Below are positions 8,437 to 18,536 of a stretch of DNA of 64,000 nt, in pieces. Both the position numbers and the translations under genes were made by a program. This stretch comes from Cellvibrionaceae bacterium (lineage in GTDB: Bacteria; Pseudomonadota; Gammaproteobacteria; Pseudomonadales; Cellvibrionaceae): NCBI GenBank assembly GCA_050633365.1, contig JBOEGJ010000003.1, forward strand, positions 1,172 through 65,171, written 5' to 3'. Each line of letters starts with the position of its first letter. Position 1 is the stretch's first letter. The notes under the pieces are model-generated. The model was not told the origin of the DNA. It saw only the letters and a program-made list of their open reading frames with translations, and searched no databases.

Positions 8437-11400
8437 TTAACGGATACATAAAAAGCCGTCCTCATCCAAATGACCGCGGCTATGGGTGGCAAACCATTGC
8501 GCGTGGTCTTTCTCGGCGCCGAAACGTTGCATGATTTGCACGCCGCCAAACTGGATTTCACCCACAGCTCCGGTGTCTGCTTCTTGTTGGGTTTCTCTGT
8601 CGACCACTTTGACGCTGCTGCCCGGTAGTGGCATACCTAGAGTACCAGCCTTGCCGCCGAGTTGAACTCTCCAGCTGTCGAAGTCCAGTGCGTCTGGTAG
8701 GTTGATACTGATAATGGGTGACGAAGGGCTTGCGCAAAAGGCCTCCAACACGGTTTTAGAGAATGTTTGTTGGAATCTCTCTCGCAGATCTTTTGATTGA
8801 TTTTCCTGTGCGTGAACGCCAATAATCCCACGCAAACTCTCAAACATTAATGGATGCAGTTTCTCGTGCTCGAGAAAACTTTCGAGTTTCTGCGTTGGCG
8901 CACACAGCAGTGTCACCCTATAGCGTGCAATTATTTTACTGATGGTTAGGGCATCGATCGATTGCGGAATGCAAACCAAGGGAATGCCTTCGATCAGTGG
9001 CAGTAACATGCAGCTAATAAAGCCATTCGCGCTGTGGATGTCATCGCTATTGATCATCACGTCTCGCTCTTCGGTATTGAGCACATCGGACAACTGCTTG
9101 ATGTTAGAGACAATATTTTTGTGGCTGAGTTTAATACCTTCAAGCTCGCCGCTTGGAGTTTGGTTAAAGAGTATGGCGGCGGTGCGTGTTGGAGAACTCT
9201 TACGACACCACCATCGCTGTATAATTGACTGAGGCAATAGACGGAACAATACAGAGTCCACTCGTCTCGCGAGTCGCGATGGCTGAGAAACCTGATCCAA
9301 CAGTTGAATGTTGAGATCTTTACTGCGGCTCTCCCATTGAAAACCTTCGCTGATCAACTGCTCGATAAAGGTGCGACTGGTGTACAGAGTTTGGATTCGA
9401 GCCGTGGTGATCGCTTCGATCCAAGCATCAGTATTCATGGCCGGGTTGAGCGGGACCACGGTCTTGCCGCTCATCAGTAGCGCCATTGTCACTTCGGTCG
9501 CCTCGACACTTGGGGGCAGCAATAGCGCCACGTTTTTACCGGAGACTTGATGGCGAATTTGTTTGCTGAGGTGACGAGCGTTTAACAAAGTGTCCAAGCT
9601 CGACTGGCTGATTTGCGGATATAATTCAGTGCGGCTATTGGCGACGGCCATGTCGCTACTGAACTGCTTAGCGGTTTCGATCCACGCTTGCGGTAAGGTC
9701 GGTAGTGAGTCGGCGTAACCGCTCCAAGAGTCGATCGAGAGATCGAGAACCCGTCGTTTCAAAACATCCACTTCGGTGTCTTTGTCGAGTAATTCACCGA
9801 AGGAGACTATTAGGTCTCGACCGCCGGCGCGAGATCGCAAACTCTTAAGTTTGTCAGAGGAGCGAGAGAACTGACTGCCCCACAAGCCGCGAATGTAGAA
9901 TGGCTGGATAACGATATCGCTCTCGGCGGCTTGAGCGGCGCGTTCATAGCCGCGTCTGAATTCAGCTAAGTGTCCTGTGCGGCTAATGGTGCCTTCCGGA
10001 AATAGGCAGACCACTTTCCCTTGGTTGAGTAGTTCGGTCACAATTTTCAGCGATTGCTCGGCATTGGCTCCGGATTCAATTGGAACGCAGCCAAACAGAT
10101 CAAAGAACCACTTTAAGTACCAGCGTTCATAAATACTCTTTAGCATGACAAACTGGACCGGACGCGGGTAGGCAATTTGTACAATCGCCCAGTCGATCCA
10201 GCTAATGTGGTTGCCTAGTAACAGCACCCCTCCGGACTCCGGAACGTGCTTCATGCCTTGCACGTTAATTCGGTAGTGGCGGCTCATCATGTAAGTGAGT
10301 AGAAAGCGAACCAAACTCTGTGGCAGTTTATAGACGGTGTAGAGTCCGCCGACGACGGCAAATACAGCCGTTAACATCAACAGTTGTTTACTGCTGATTC
10401 CCAATAGGGCAAAGACGGCGGTCAGTACCAAAAAGCTCAGCATGCCGATATTTTGGATCAAATTGTTGGCCGCCAGTACTCGACCCATTTCGTTGTCGCC
10501 GGCGTAGAACTGAATCATGGCATTTAAGGGAACAATGAACAGCCCGCCCATGGTGCCAATCAGCAAAAAGTCGAGCCCCATCATCCAAGGGGATTCTAGC
10601 GTCGGCAGTATCCATAAGCCGATGCCAATGCCTGCCGCTCCCAAGGGAATCAAGCCAGTTTCGATATAGTTGCGCGAAAAGCGGCTGGCAATGGTTGAGC
10701 CCAATGCGATGCCAATGCCGGTAGCGGCGATGATAGCTTGAATGACTAAGGTATTGGTTTCGCCAATTTGCTCCTTGGCAAAGGCGGGAAAGCTTGCCAG
10801 CATCACCTGACCGATGGACCAAAACATGGCCAAGCCAACAATCGACAGTCTGATCACGTCTCGGCTTAACACCGGCTGTAAGTTGGTTTTTAGTAGCTTT
10901 CCTTGGCTATAGGCTTTTAGATCAAATTTTTCTTGGCTACCTTGATCGACTTGCGGTAGTCGATACATCATAAATAGCTCGGCGATGCTGCCGGCAATGA
11001 GCATAAAGCCGATGGGCACAAGGCTCTGTAAAACGGCGGCTTTGTCGGTTGTGCCTTCGGGGTACCACATCTCAAACAGCACCGACATCAACAGCGTCCC
11101 GGCAAGAATGGCAACGATGGAAATGGCTTGCACAATACCGTTGGCTTCGGCGAGATTTTGTTTGCCGAAGAATCCTTTCAGATAGCCGTACTTTGCGGGA
11201 GAGTAGATCGCCGATTGCATGGCCAGTAAAAAGGTCATGGCAAAGGCTGCCCAGAACCACCCGGCGGCATAACACAGGGTAATACCGATGGTTAGGCCCA
11301 CAGCGGCCCAAGCCGAGTAGCGCATGACGTGATTCTTGGGAAAACGATCAGAGATAAACCCGGCAGGGCTAAACAGTAGGATGAAGGGGAGCAGAATCAA

Positions 11401-11559
11401 ACCGTTGACGATGGCGGTTAGAATCACTTGTTCTTGGCCGTCATAGAGCTTAAAAATCGTATTTTGAATGACGATCTTATGGCCCAAATCGACAAAGGCA
11501 TTGAGAAATACCGCCATCATAAAGGGGATGGCGCCAGTGATTTTGAAGAGCTTATTCAT
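8437..11559 (-). CDS. Aas-like MFS + acyltransferase fusion with a degenerate acyl-ACP synthetase domain
   Basis: N-terminal LplT-like MFS, PlsC motifs NHISWID and FPEG; AMP-binding motifs are degraded and the C-terminus is truncated. Confidence 0.9.
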   Translation of the reverse strand: MNKLFKITGAIPFMMAVFLNAFVDLGHKIVIQNTIFKLYDGQEQVILTAIVNGLILLPFILLFSPAGFISDRFPKNHVMRYSAWAAVGLTIGITLCYAAGWFWAAFAMTFLLAMQSAIYSPAKYGYLKGFFGKQNLAEANGIVQAISIVAILAGTLLMSVLFEMWYPEGTTDKAAVLQSLVPIGFMLIAGSIAELFMMYRLPQVDQGSQEKFDLKAYSQGKLLKTNLQPVLSRDVIRLSIVGLAMFWSIGQVMLASFPAFAKEQIGETNTLVIQAIIAATGIGIALGSTIASRFSRNYIETGLIPLGAAGIGIGLWILPTLESPWMMGLDFLLIGTMGGLFIVPLNAMIQFYAGDNEMGRVLAANNLIQNIGMLSFLVLTAVFALLGISSKQLLMLTAVFAVVGGLYTVYKLPQSLVRFLLTYMMSRHYRINVQGMKHVPESGGVLLLGNHISWIDWAIVQIAYPRPVQFVMLKSIYERWYLKWFFDLFGCVPIESGANAEQSLKIVTELLNQGKVVCLFPEGTISRTGHLAEFRRGYERAAQAAESDIVIQPFYIRGLWGSQFSRSSDKLKSLRSRAGGRDLIVSFGELLDKDTEVDVLKRRVLDLSIDSWSGYADSLPTLPQAWIETAKQFSSDMAVANSRTELYPQISQSSLDTLLNARHLSKQIRHQVSGKNVALLLPPSVEATEVTMALLMSGKTVVPLNPAMNTDAWIEAITTARIQTLYTSRTFIEQLISEGFQWESRSKDLNIQLLDQVSQPSRLARRVDSVLFRLLPQSIIQRWWCRKSSPTRTAAILFNQTPSGELEGIKLSHKNIVSNIKQLSDVLNTEERDVMINSDDIHSANGFISCMLLPLIEGIPLVCIPQSIDALTISKIIARYRVTLLCAPTQKLESFLEHEKLHPLMFESLRGIIGVHAQENQSKDLRERFQQTFSKTVLEAFCASPSSPIISINLPDALDFDSWRVQLGGKAGTLGMPLPGSSVKVVDRETQQEADTGAVGEIQFGGVQIMQRFGAEKDHAQWFATHSRGHLDEDGFLCIR

Positions 11560-11659
11560 GAAAGGTGAGTCCTTGCCGGTTGCGTCAATCAATCCAGATT
11601 GCCGTGGGTAGCCTGATGCTACAACTAAAACGGCAATTGTAGTAGTTTATACCTCTCAA

Positions 11660-11678
11660 AGTATCGCTCGATGATACT
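11660..11678. promoter_or_regulatory. Palindromic operator candidate (AGTATC-N7-GATACT)
   Basis: Inverted repeat in the divergent promoter region between the aas-like gene and the HTH regulator. Confidence 0.4.
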
Positions 11679-11775
11679 CTCAATCCCCTAGGTCGATGAT
11701 CTTCCCTCTGTCTTGAAGAATATGGCGAGATAGGAGAGGTAAGGCCGTTGCCGTTATTGCAGAGGACGCTCGCTC

Positions 11776-12507
11776 ATGGCTCAAACCCCCGCGCTTATTG
11801 CGACGCTGAAAAAGCAGCTCAAAGCTTACGGTAAGACCTATGTCGACGTGGCTGAGGCTCTGGATTTAAGTGAGGCCTCAGTAAAGCGATTATTTGCCGG
11901 TGAAAACTTCACTTTGCAGAGGCTCGAAAGCGTTTGCCAGCTGATTGGCGTGGAATTGGCTGAGTTGGTTGCCCTGATGGCCCAGGAGCAACCGCAGCTA
12001 ACACAGCTGACGTTAGAGCAAGAAAAGCAGATCGCGGAAGACTTTATTTTACTGATGGTGGCGCTGAGCGTGATTAACGGTTACACCTTTGCGGATCTGG
12101 TGGATCACTATAAGTTATCCACAACCCGCTGCGTGCAAAAGCTGGCGCATCTCGATCGTTTGAAAATCATCGATCTATTGCCCAATAATCGCATTAAACT
12201 GAAAATATCTCCCAACTTTCGCTGGTTGCCCAATGGGCCAATACAGCAGTTTTTCCACGATAAGGTACAGCAAGATTTTTTCAATTCACGCTTCGATCAA
12301 GAGGGTGAAAAACTCATGGTTCTCAATGGATTGATGAGTCGCGCGAGCAACGCTGAAATGCAGAAGAAAATGCAAAAATTGTCGCGAGAATTTAATGAGC
12401 TCATGCAAGAGGATGCGGCCTTGCCGATGAGCGAAAAATTTGGAACCACCATGGTGTTGGCATTGCGTCATTGGAACTTTGATAACTTCAAAGGCAATAT
12501 GCGCTGA
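11776..12507 (+). CDS. XRE/Cro-type HTH transcriptional regulator
   Basis: TYVDVAEALDLSEASVKRLF HTH; conserved C-terminal WLPNGPIQQFF segment. Confidence 0.85.
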   Translation: MAQTPALIATLKKQLKAYGKTYVDVAEALDLSEASVKRLFAGENFTLQRLESVCQLIGVELAELVALMAQEQPQLTQLTLEQEKQIAEDFILLMVALSVINGYTFADLVDHYKLSTTRCVQKLAHLDRLKIIDLLPNNRIKLKISPNFRWLPNGPIQQFFHDKVQQDFFNSRFDQEGEKLMVLNGLMSRASNAEMQKKMQKLSREFNELMQEDAALPMSEKFGTTMVLALRHWNFDNFKGNMR

Positions 12508-12538
12508 CCAACACTCGTACTCTGAACTCTGTTCTGAA

Positions 12539-14041
12539 TTAATGCAGTTGCATCCCGCTTTCGGCATTGATGTGATGGTCGATGGGATAGCGATCGCGTA
12601 TGTAGCTTAGCTGCCCCGAGGTCTGTAGCTGGGTGAATCGCTGTACCAGGACCGGATCGAGATGATTTCCCGCCAGTTGCTTCAACTCCGTCAAAGCCTG
12701 TTCAATATCCCACGCGGGTTTGTAACTTCTGGCCGAGGTAAGAGCGTCAAAGACATCGACAACCGCAATCAGCCGAGCGGCCAGTGGAATCGTCTCTCCG
12801 ACCAGCCCGTGGGGGTATCCGCTGCCGTCGTATTTCTCGTGATGGAAAAGGGCAATATCTCGGGCGATTTTGAAAAACGACTTGTTGCCTAAAATATCGG
12901 CGCCCTTATGCGTGTGGGTTTGCATAATCTGCCACTCTTCTGGCGTTAACTTGCCGTTTTTGTTGAGGATGTGATCGGGAATCGCGATCTTTCCTATGTC
13001 GTGCATCATGCTTGAATAGCCAATCTCTCGAGCTAAATCTGGCGCGACTCCAGAGGCCAAGGCGAGCTCTTCTACATAGTGACGAACACGATTGATGTGC
13101 AAGGCGGTGTCTTGATCTTTATAGTCGCAGGCGACCGCCAATTTGTAGATGGTACTGATGTTGGCTTCTTGCAGCTCTTGCGTGCGCTTGCGGATCTCTT
13201 GTTCGAGATTCTGGTTGAGGGTTTCGAGCTCTTGTTGCAGTTGTTTTTGCTCTTGGTAGAGCATTCGGTTTCTTAAGCTGGAGCGCAAGCGAGCGATAAA
13301 TTCTTCGCTGCAAAAAGGTTTGGTGAGCACATCATTCACGCCGCGCTGAAGGAGTAGGTGCAACTCGCTATGATGGCTGCTGCCACTGACAACAATAATC
13401 GGGGTGGAATCAAACATAGAGTTTGAACGGATTAAATGACACAGCTCTTTGCCGTTGAGGTTGGGCATTTCAATATCGGTGAGCACTAAGTCGATCTGCT
13501 CTCGTTTTTCGATGAGGCATTCCCAGGCAGATTCACCGTCGTGGCATTGAATAAGGTGATAGCCCATGGGGGACAGCAATTCGGTGTACAGTTGTCGCTG
13601 CGAGGGGCTGTCTTCAGCTATGAGAATGGTGCATTGTGGCTGCTTGTGTCTAAGGCCGTAGGGAATGGTGCTGTGATGAAAGAGCGCGGATTTTAGCCGT
13701 TCCACCACGAAGGTAATGTTTGAGGCTTTATTGATGAAGTCAGTTGCCCCGGCATTGTATGCTTCGTCGATGGTGGTGGGGTTGCTTTTACTGGACATCA
13801 AGATCACGGGAATCAACACCGTTTTGGGGCTGCGCTTGAGCTGCGCGCAAAGATCAATGCCACTGCCATCCTGCAGTTCGATGGAGCAAAGGATCAGATC
13901 GGGGAGTTCACTTTCAAGGAGTTGGTGACAGCTGTTGACCGAGTCGCAAACATCGACGTCAAGCTGTAGATCTTTGAGGTGCATTTTGTAGAAGTGCGCC
14001 ACAGAGTGACTGGCTTCGACGATTAAAATCCTTTTGCTCAT
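12539..14041 (-). CDS. REC-REC-HD-GYP response regulator / c-di-GMP phosphodiesterase
   Basis: Second REC has AED and LTDIEMP; HDIGK, HHEKYDGSGYP and DVFDAL intact. Confidence 0.92.
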   Translation of the reverse strand: MSKRILIVEASHSVAHFYKMHLKDLQLDVDVCDSVNSCHQLLESELPDLILCSIELQDGSGIDLCAQLKRSPKTVLIPVILMSSKSNPTTIDEAYNAGATDFINKASNITFVVERLKSALFHHSTIPYGLRHKQPQCTILIAEDSPSQRQLYTELLSPMGYHLIQCHDGESAWECLIEKREQIDLVLTDIEMPNLNGKELCHLIRSNSMFDSTPIIVVSGSSHHSELHLLLQRGVNDVLTKPFCSEEFIARLRSSLRNRMLYQEQKQLQQELETLNQNLEQEIRKRTQELQEANISTIYKLAVACDYKDQDTALHINRVRHYVEELALASGVAPDLAREIGYSSMMHDIGKIAIPDHILNKNGKLTPEEWQIMQTHTHKGADILGNKSFFKIARDIALFHHEKYDGSGYPHGLVGETIPLAARLIAVVDVFDALTSARSYKPAWDIEQALTELKQLAGNHLDPVLVQRFTQLQTSGQLSYIRDRYPIDHHINAESGMQLH

Positions 14042-14371
14042 AGTATCATCCTGATAGTTTGTTGATCTTTGTCAGAGACATTTTTCGATCAATGGCGCAA
14101 CCTAATTCAATCAAGCTGATTAGGTTGTTGGGCGCCAAGGTGTTGTGGTTGTTGCTAAGCGGCATGTTACCGTTTTATGACACGGCCTCTGGTTGTCAGT
14201 TTGGTAAGTAGTATGCACACGATTACTGGAGTATAGGTTTAATCTACCGAGCAATCGGTCTGTATTAAGATCAATATGGCATAACTTTAATATACTTAAA
14301 TCGTAATCGTGTAAGCCCCAATTTTACTGTCTCAAATTGTTTTAACGTCTTTTTTTAGGGAAGGTTTAGCA

Positions 14372-14614
14372 ATGACAATAGTCGAGTTTCAAAGCTTTTT
14401 AGGGTGGTGCATCATCATTAATTTCGGTGTGTTGATGTGGTGGTTTTTATTTTTGGTGTTTGCTCACGACTGGGTTTATCACCTGCATCATCGTTGGTTT
14501 AAGATCAGCGAACCACGTTTTGATGAAATTCACTACAGCGCGATTGCCTATTACAAATTGTCGGTCTTTGTATTGATGGTGGTACCCTACTTGGCGCTGA
14601 AAATCGTATTATGA
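14372..14614 (+). CDS. Small membrane protein (DUF6868-like)
   Basis: FLGWCIIINFGVL, HDWVYHLHHRWF, YKLSVFVLMVVPYLAL pattern; GGAAGG RBS. Confidence 0.75.
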   Translation: MTIVEFQSFLGWCIIINFGVLMWWFLFLVFAHDWVYHLHHRWFKISEPRFDEIHYSAIAYYKLSVFVLMVVPYLALKIVL

Positions 14615-14637
14615 AGACTGAGCTCTAGGTTTTATCT

Positions 14638-14665
14638 CGCAGCCCGCAGCCCGCAGCTCGCAGCC
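14638..14665 (+). repeat. Heptamer tandem repeat (CGCAGCC)x4
   Basis: CGCAGCC CGCAGCC CGCAGCT CGCAGCC in intergenic DNA. Confidence 0.8.
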
Positions 14666-14753
14666 GATTCGTCAATCTAACCATTGAATAATTGAATCGC
14701 TTAATAGAAAGACGCGTATAATTTGGCCTCTTTTGGATGAATTACTCTTATAT

Positions 14754-15716
14754 ATGACTGTAACTATTACTCTGCCAGACTCACGTATCCGCCGTGAGGG
14801 ATTACCGTTAAACCAAGAGGGGGTGAGCAGTTGGCGGCTGCCCGCGGTGGCTCAGTCCGAGGTGCCTTTGGCGGTGGCGGAACAGTCTCGCTTTGGGGCG
14901 GGGGCTCGACTGCGCTTTTGCACCAATAGTTGCTCTGTCCGTCTTGCTTGCGAAGCTCGTTCACCGGCTAAGGTGCAGGGAATTGATTGTTTGGTTGATG
15001 GCCTCTATTGGCGAACACTCGCGATACCTCGTGGCGAGAATATCGACTTAATCTTATTTCAAGGCTTGGAGCGACAGTGGCGCACTGTTGAGCTCTACTT
15101 TCCCGCCGAGCAAGAAATTAGCTTGAGCTCGTTGACGCTGGGGGAAGATGCTCAGCTGACAACCGTTGAACCCTATGTGGATGAACTGCCGTTGGTATTT
15201 TACGGCTCGTCGGTGGTGCAGGGCGCCGGTGCGAGCCTGTCGTCGATGAGTTATCCGGCGATTATTTCTCGCTGTTTGAATCGAGACATTCATAACTGGG
15301 GCTTTTATGGGGCTGGAAAAGCCGAAGCCGAAGTGCTGGCTCATGTGATCGCTCGACCCGCAAGAGCGTTTATTCTGGATTTGGGCAAGTCTTATGGGCG
15401 CCAATCGGTCGATGTGTATCGGGCGATGCTCGAGCAAATTCGAGATTCTCACCCCGCGACTCCGATTGTCGTGATCACTCCGATTTTTTCAGCCCGCGAG
15501 CACTTTGATCCGCGATTTCTATTGCGTTCGCAATCTATTCGAAGCGTGATGGCTGAGGCGGCGAAAGATGTTGTGAACACCACTGTGATCGACGGCGAAG
15601 GTTTATTAGGTGTCCAAGATTGGGCGGGGCTATGCAGCGACGGGCTCCACCCCAATGAGCTGGGTTTTACCATGATCGCCGAGCGATTGTCGCAACAGTT
15701 GGAGTCGATATTATGA
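14754..15716 (+). CDS. SGNH/GDSL hydrolase
   Basis: YGSSVVQG block I, NWGFYGAGKAE, DGLHPNELG block V. Confidence 0.88.
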   Translation: MTVTITLPDSRIRREGLPLNQEGVSSWRLPAVAQSEVPLAVAEQSRFGAGARLRFCTNSCSVRLACEARSPAKVQGIDCLVDGLYWRTLAIPRGENIDLILFQGLERQWRTVELYFPAEQEISLSSLTLGEDAQLTTVEPYVDELPLVFYGSSVVQGAGASLSSMSYPAIISRCLNRDIHNWGFYGAGKAEAEVLAHVIARPARAFILDLGKSYGRQSVDVYRAMLEQIRDSHPATPIVVITPIFSAREHFDPRFLLRSQSIRSVMAEAAKDVVNTTVIDGEGLLGVQDWAGLCSDGLHPNELGFTMIAERLSQQLESIL

Positions 15717-16111
15717 GTGAGTTAGAGCTTTCAACGTTTAAGGGCAGTTGTCATTGCGGCGCCGTGGCCTTTACGGTGCGGGCGCCAGAAAATGTAGAAG
15801 TGGAAGACTGCAACTGCTCGATCTGCAGTAAATCCGGTTTCTTGCATTTGATCGTGCCGAAGATTCATTTTGAGTTGACCGCCGGTGAAGATTCTCTCTC
15901 CAGCTACCGCTTTAATACCGGTGTCGCAGAGCATTATTTTTGTAAGGTTTGCGGCGTTAAACCTTTCTACGTGCCTCGATCGAATCCCGACGGCATGGAT
16001 ATTAATTTGCGCTGCTTGGATCGTCGTCCCAACAAGGTCAAGATCGTGGCTTTTGATGGTCAAAACTGGGAGGCCAACGCCGCGGCCTTGGCCCACAAGA
16101 GTGAGGTTTAA
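15713..16111 (+). CDS. GFA family protein
   Basis: GSCHCGAV, CNCSIC, FCKVCG zinc motifs; ATGA overlap with the upstream gene. Confidence 0.93.
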   Translation: MSELELSTFKGSCHCGAVAFTVRAPENVEVEDCNCSICSKSGFLHLIVPKIHFELTAGEDSLSSYRFNTGVAEHYFCKVCGVKPFYVPRSNPDGMDINLRCLDRRPNKVKIVAFDGQNWEANAAALAHKSEV

Positions 16112-16135
16112 GCGTTACGGCATTTGCACTGGGCC

Positions 16136-17713
16136 TTAGTGTGCTGCGCTTGGCTCGATCATGGCGAGGCTTTCGTCGGCAAAACCGGTACCCGCCTCGG
16201 TGTAGAAGTTAAACACCTTATCAATACCGCCTTTTTCCAGCGCAAGGCGTTCATCTTCGTAGCGTGCGATGGCCGCGATTTGCCCCTGATACCCGGCTTG
16301 ATGTAATTGCTCGGTGATATTGGTGGCGTCTTCGATACTGGGTAGGGCCAGCAGGACTAACTTGATGTTGGAGGTATCGAAGTTCTCCCACAGATCGGCA
16401 TCTTCACCGTCGCCAAAAAAGACGTGTAAGCCAGAGGCTCTTTGACGCTGAATGCGATCGCGATCGGCGTCCATCCCCCAGACTCTATCGCCAATTTGTT
16501 GGTGCAGGGCATCGTAAGCGCCTTTCCCCACGCGGCCCAAACCGATGACCAATACCTCGGCTTGTTTGGGTTGGATAAACACATCTTGTGGCAATCGCTT
16601 GTCGCGCTCGAAGCCTCTCAGTGAATCTTTATTGCGACTGTAAATTGAATGCGCGTAGCGATAGATGATGCTGGTGAAGACAAACGAAATGGACACCGCC
16701 AGCGCTAAGATGACTAGCCACTCTTTGGTTAACCAGCCACTGTCGACACTGATGGCCGCAACGATCAAGCCGAATTCACTAAAGTTAGCCAGTGCCAGAG
16801 ATGCCAGATAGGCGGTTCGCGCTCGAATCTTTAAGCCGCCTAAAATCATCATCAGCAGTACGAACTTGATCGGCAGCAATAGCGATATTGCCAGAGCGAT
16901 GGCGAGCATGTTCCAGTCGGGTAGAGCGGTAAAACCAATCGATAAAAAGAAGCCAATCAAAAACAGGTCTTTAAAGCTCATCAGTGATTTTGTGAGTTCG
17001 GCCGATTTCGGGTGTTGACTGAGTAGCATGCCAATCAGCAGAGCGCCCAAGTCGCCTTTAATATTGACCAGATAGAAAAGCTCATAGCCTCCGAGCGCCA
17101 AGAAAAAACCGGTCAGTGGCAAAAGCTCGCCGTGGCCGGCTTTGTCGAGTAACCGTCCCAATAACGGTCTTGCGGGGATGAGCAGCAGTAATAACAGTGC
17201 CCAAATGGTAGGTGTTTTACCCGTCGCAAACACCAGAAAAAGCACGGCGATGATGTCTTGCATTACCAGGATGCCAATGGCGAGTCGGCCGTGGCGAGTT
17301 TTCATCTCGCCGCTGTCCTCGAGCAATTTAACAACGCAGACCGTGCTGGAAAAACTGCAGGCAAAAGCGATGAGTGCTGCGGAGGCAAAGGTTAACTCGG
17401 AAAAGAGCGGTAACGACAAGCTGCCGACTGCCAAGAGAAGCCCCGCGAACAGTAAAATCCAAATCCCCATAAGGCTCGATGTACTGGCCCAAATTTCGGC
17501 CTTAAAGAGATCTTTGACGTTGAGCTTCAAGCCGATACTGAACAGCATCAGGGTGATTCCGAGATTGGCTAAAGCCGTGAGGCTAACGGCGGGCTGAAAC
17601 CCCATAAAGTTCAGCGCAAAACCGGCGATCAAGTAACCAATGAGTGGAGGCATGGTGAGCAATCGAACGGCAAGGCCGCAGGTGAATGCAAAGAGAATCC
17701 AAATAAAATCCAT
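16136..17713 (-). CDS. CPA2 cation:proton antiporter (KefC-like) with C-terminal TrkA-N/KTN domain
   Basis: Multiple TM segments, FSSTVCVVK, LVMQDI, GLGRVG, FFGDGED. Confidence 0.92.
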   Translation of the reverse strand: MDFIWILFAFTCGLAVRLLTMPPLIGYLIAGFALNFMGFQPAVSLTALANLGITLMLFSIGLKLNVKDLFKAEIWASTSSLMGIWILLFAGLLLAVGSLSLPLFSELTFASAALIAFACSFSSTVCVVKLLEDSGEMKTRHGRLAIGILVMQDIIAVLFLVFATGKTPTIWALLLLLLIPARPLLGRLLDKAGHGELLPLTGFFLALGGYELFYLVNIKGDLGALLIGMLLSQHPKSAELTKSLMSFKDLFLIGFFLSIGFTALPDWNMLAIALAISLLLPIKFVLLMMILGGLKIRARTAYLASLALANFSEFGLIVAAISVDSGWLTKEWLVILALAVSISFVFTSIIYRYAHSIYSRNKDSLRGFERDKRLPQDVFIQPKQAEVLVIGLGRVGKGAYDALHQQIGDRVWGMDADRDRIQRQRASGLHVFFGDGEDADLWENFDTSNIKLVLLALPSIEDATNITEQLHQAGYQGQIAAIARYEDERLALEKGGIDKVFNFYTEAGTGFADESLAMIEPSAAH

Positions 17714-17864
17714 GGGGTTGCTGTTTTCCTTTGAGCGCGATGCTTTTGCGGCCTGAGACCAAGGTTGTGATAGCGATAAGCTTAACCGCCAATTGCCAAG
17801 CTTGCCATTATTGGGCGCGAGATTGCATGATCTTAATCAGCTGCGGGGCAGATCTCGGTTATTA

Positions 17865-18377
17865 TCATGAGCTTTTTTGTGACTGGGGGCTTCTGAGCAT
17901 TTCGACGTGAGGTATACCGTCTTCTTGGTAGGGGGGCGATACACATTCGAACCCCAATTCACCGTAGAATTTTTGCAAGTGGGCTTGTGCACTGATTCGA
18001 ATGGCTGATTTGGGCCATTGCCGCTCAATTTGTAGTATGCCTTGTTCCATTAATTGTTTCCCATAACCTTTGCTTCGTGCATGATCGGCGATGACCACTC
18101 GCCCAATGGCAATTTCCGGGTATTTCATCCCCGCCGGTACCACTCTCAAATAGGCTGCAATGCACCGACCTGTGAGCGTATCTTCGGTCGCGGGTAGCTC
18201 GCCCGCGGGCGCTGTGCTCCAGCCGATGAGATGCCAGCATTGCTGATCGGCGTTGTCACAATCTTGGTACACACAATCTTGTTCGACCGCAAACACTGCC
18301 TGCCGTAGCCGCAGTACTTGATAAAGCTCCTGAGTGCTGAGCTGGTCAAAATGACTCCATTGCCACTGAATCATCAA
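17865..18377 (-). CDS. ElaA-like GNAT acetyltransferase
   Basis: LRQAVFAVEQDC, IGRVV, ISAQAHLQKFY, EDGIPHVEM. Confidence 0.9.
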   Translation of the reverse strand: MMIQWQWSHFDQLSTQELYQVLRLRQAVFAVEQDCVYQDCDNADQQCWHLIGWSTAPAGELPATEDTLTGRCIAAYLRVVPAGMKYPEIAIGRVVIADHARSKGYGKQLMEQGILQIERQWPKSAIRISAQAHLQKFYGELGFECVSPPYQEDGIPHVEMLRSPQSQKSS

Positions 18378-18536
18378 TTGGTCTCCTACGGATGAGCGAG
18401 GGGTGATTATTGAACGAGTTAGTCGATGTAAGGATTATCATCACGGGATTGAATTATGCACCATTCAACAAGTAATGTGGTTGATCGAATAGGCCTGTGG
18501 CAAGTTTCGGGTTTTGGTATTGAATTGGAGAAGACT

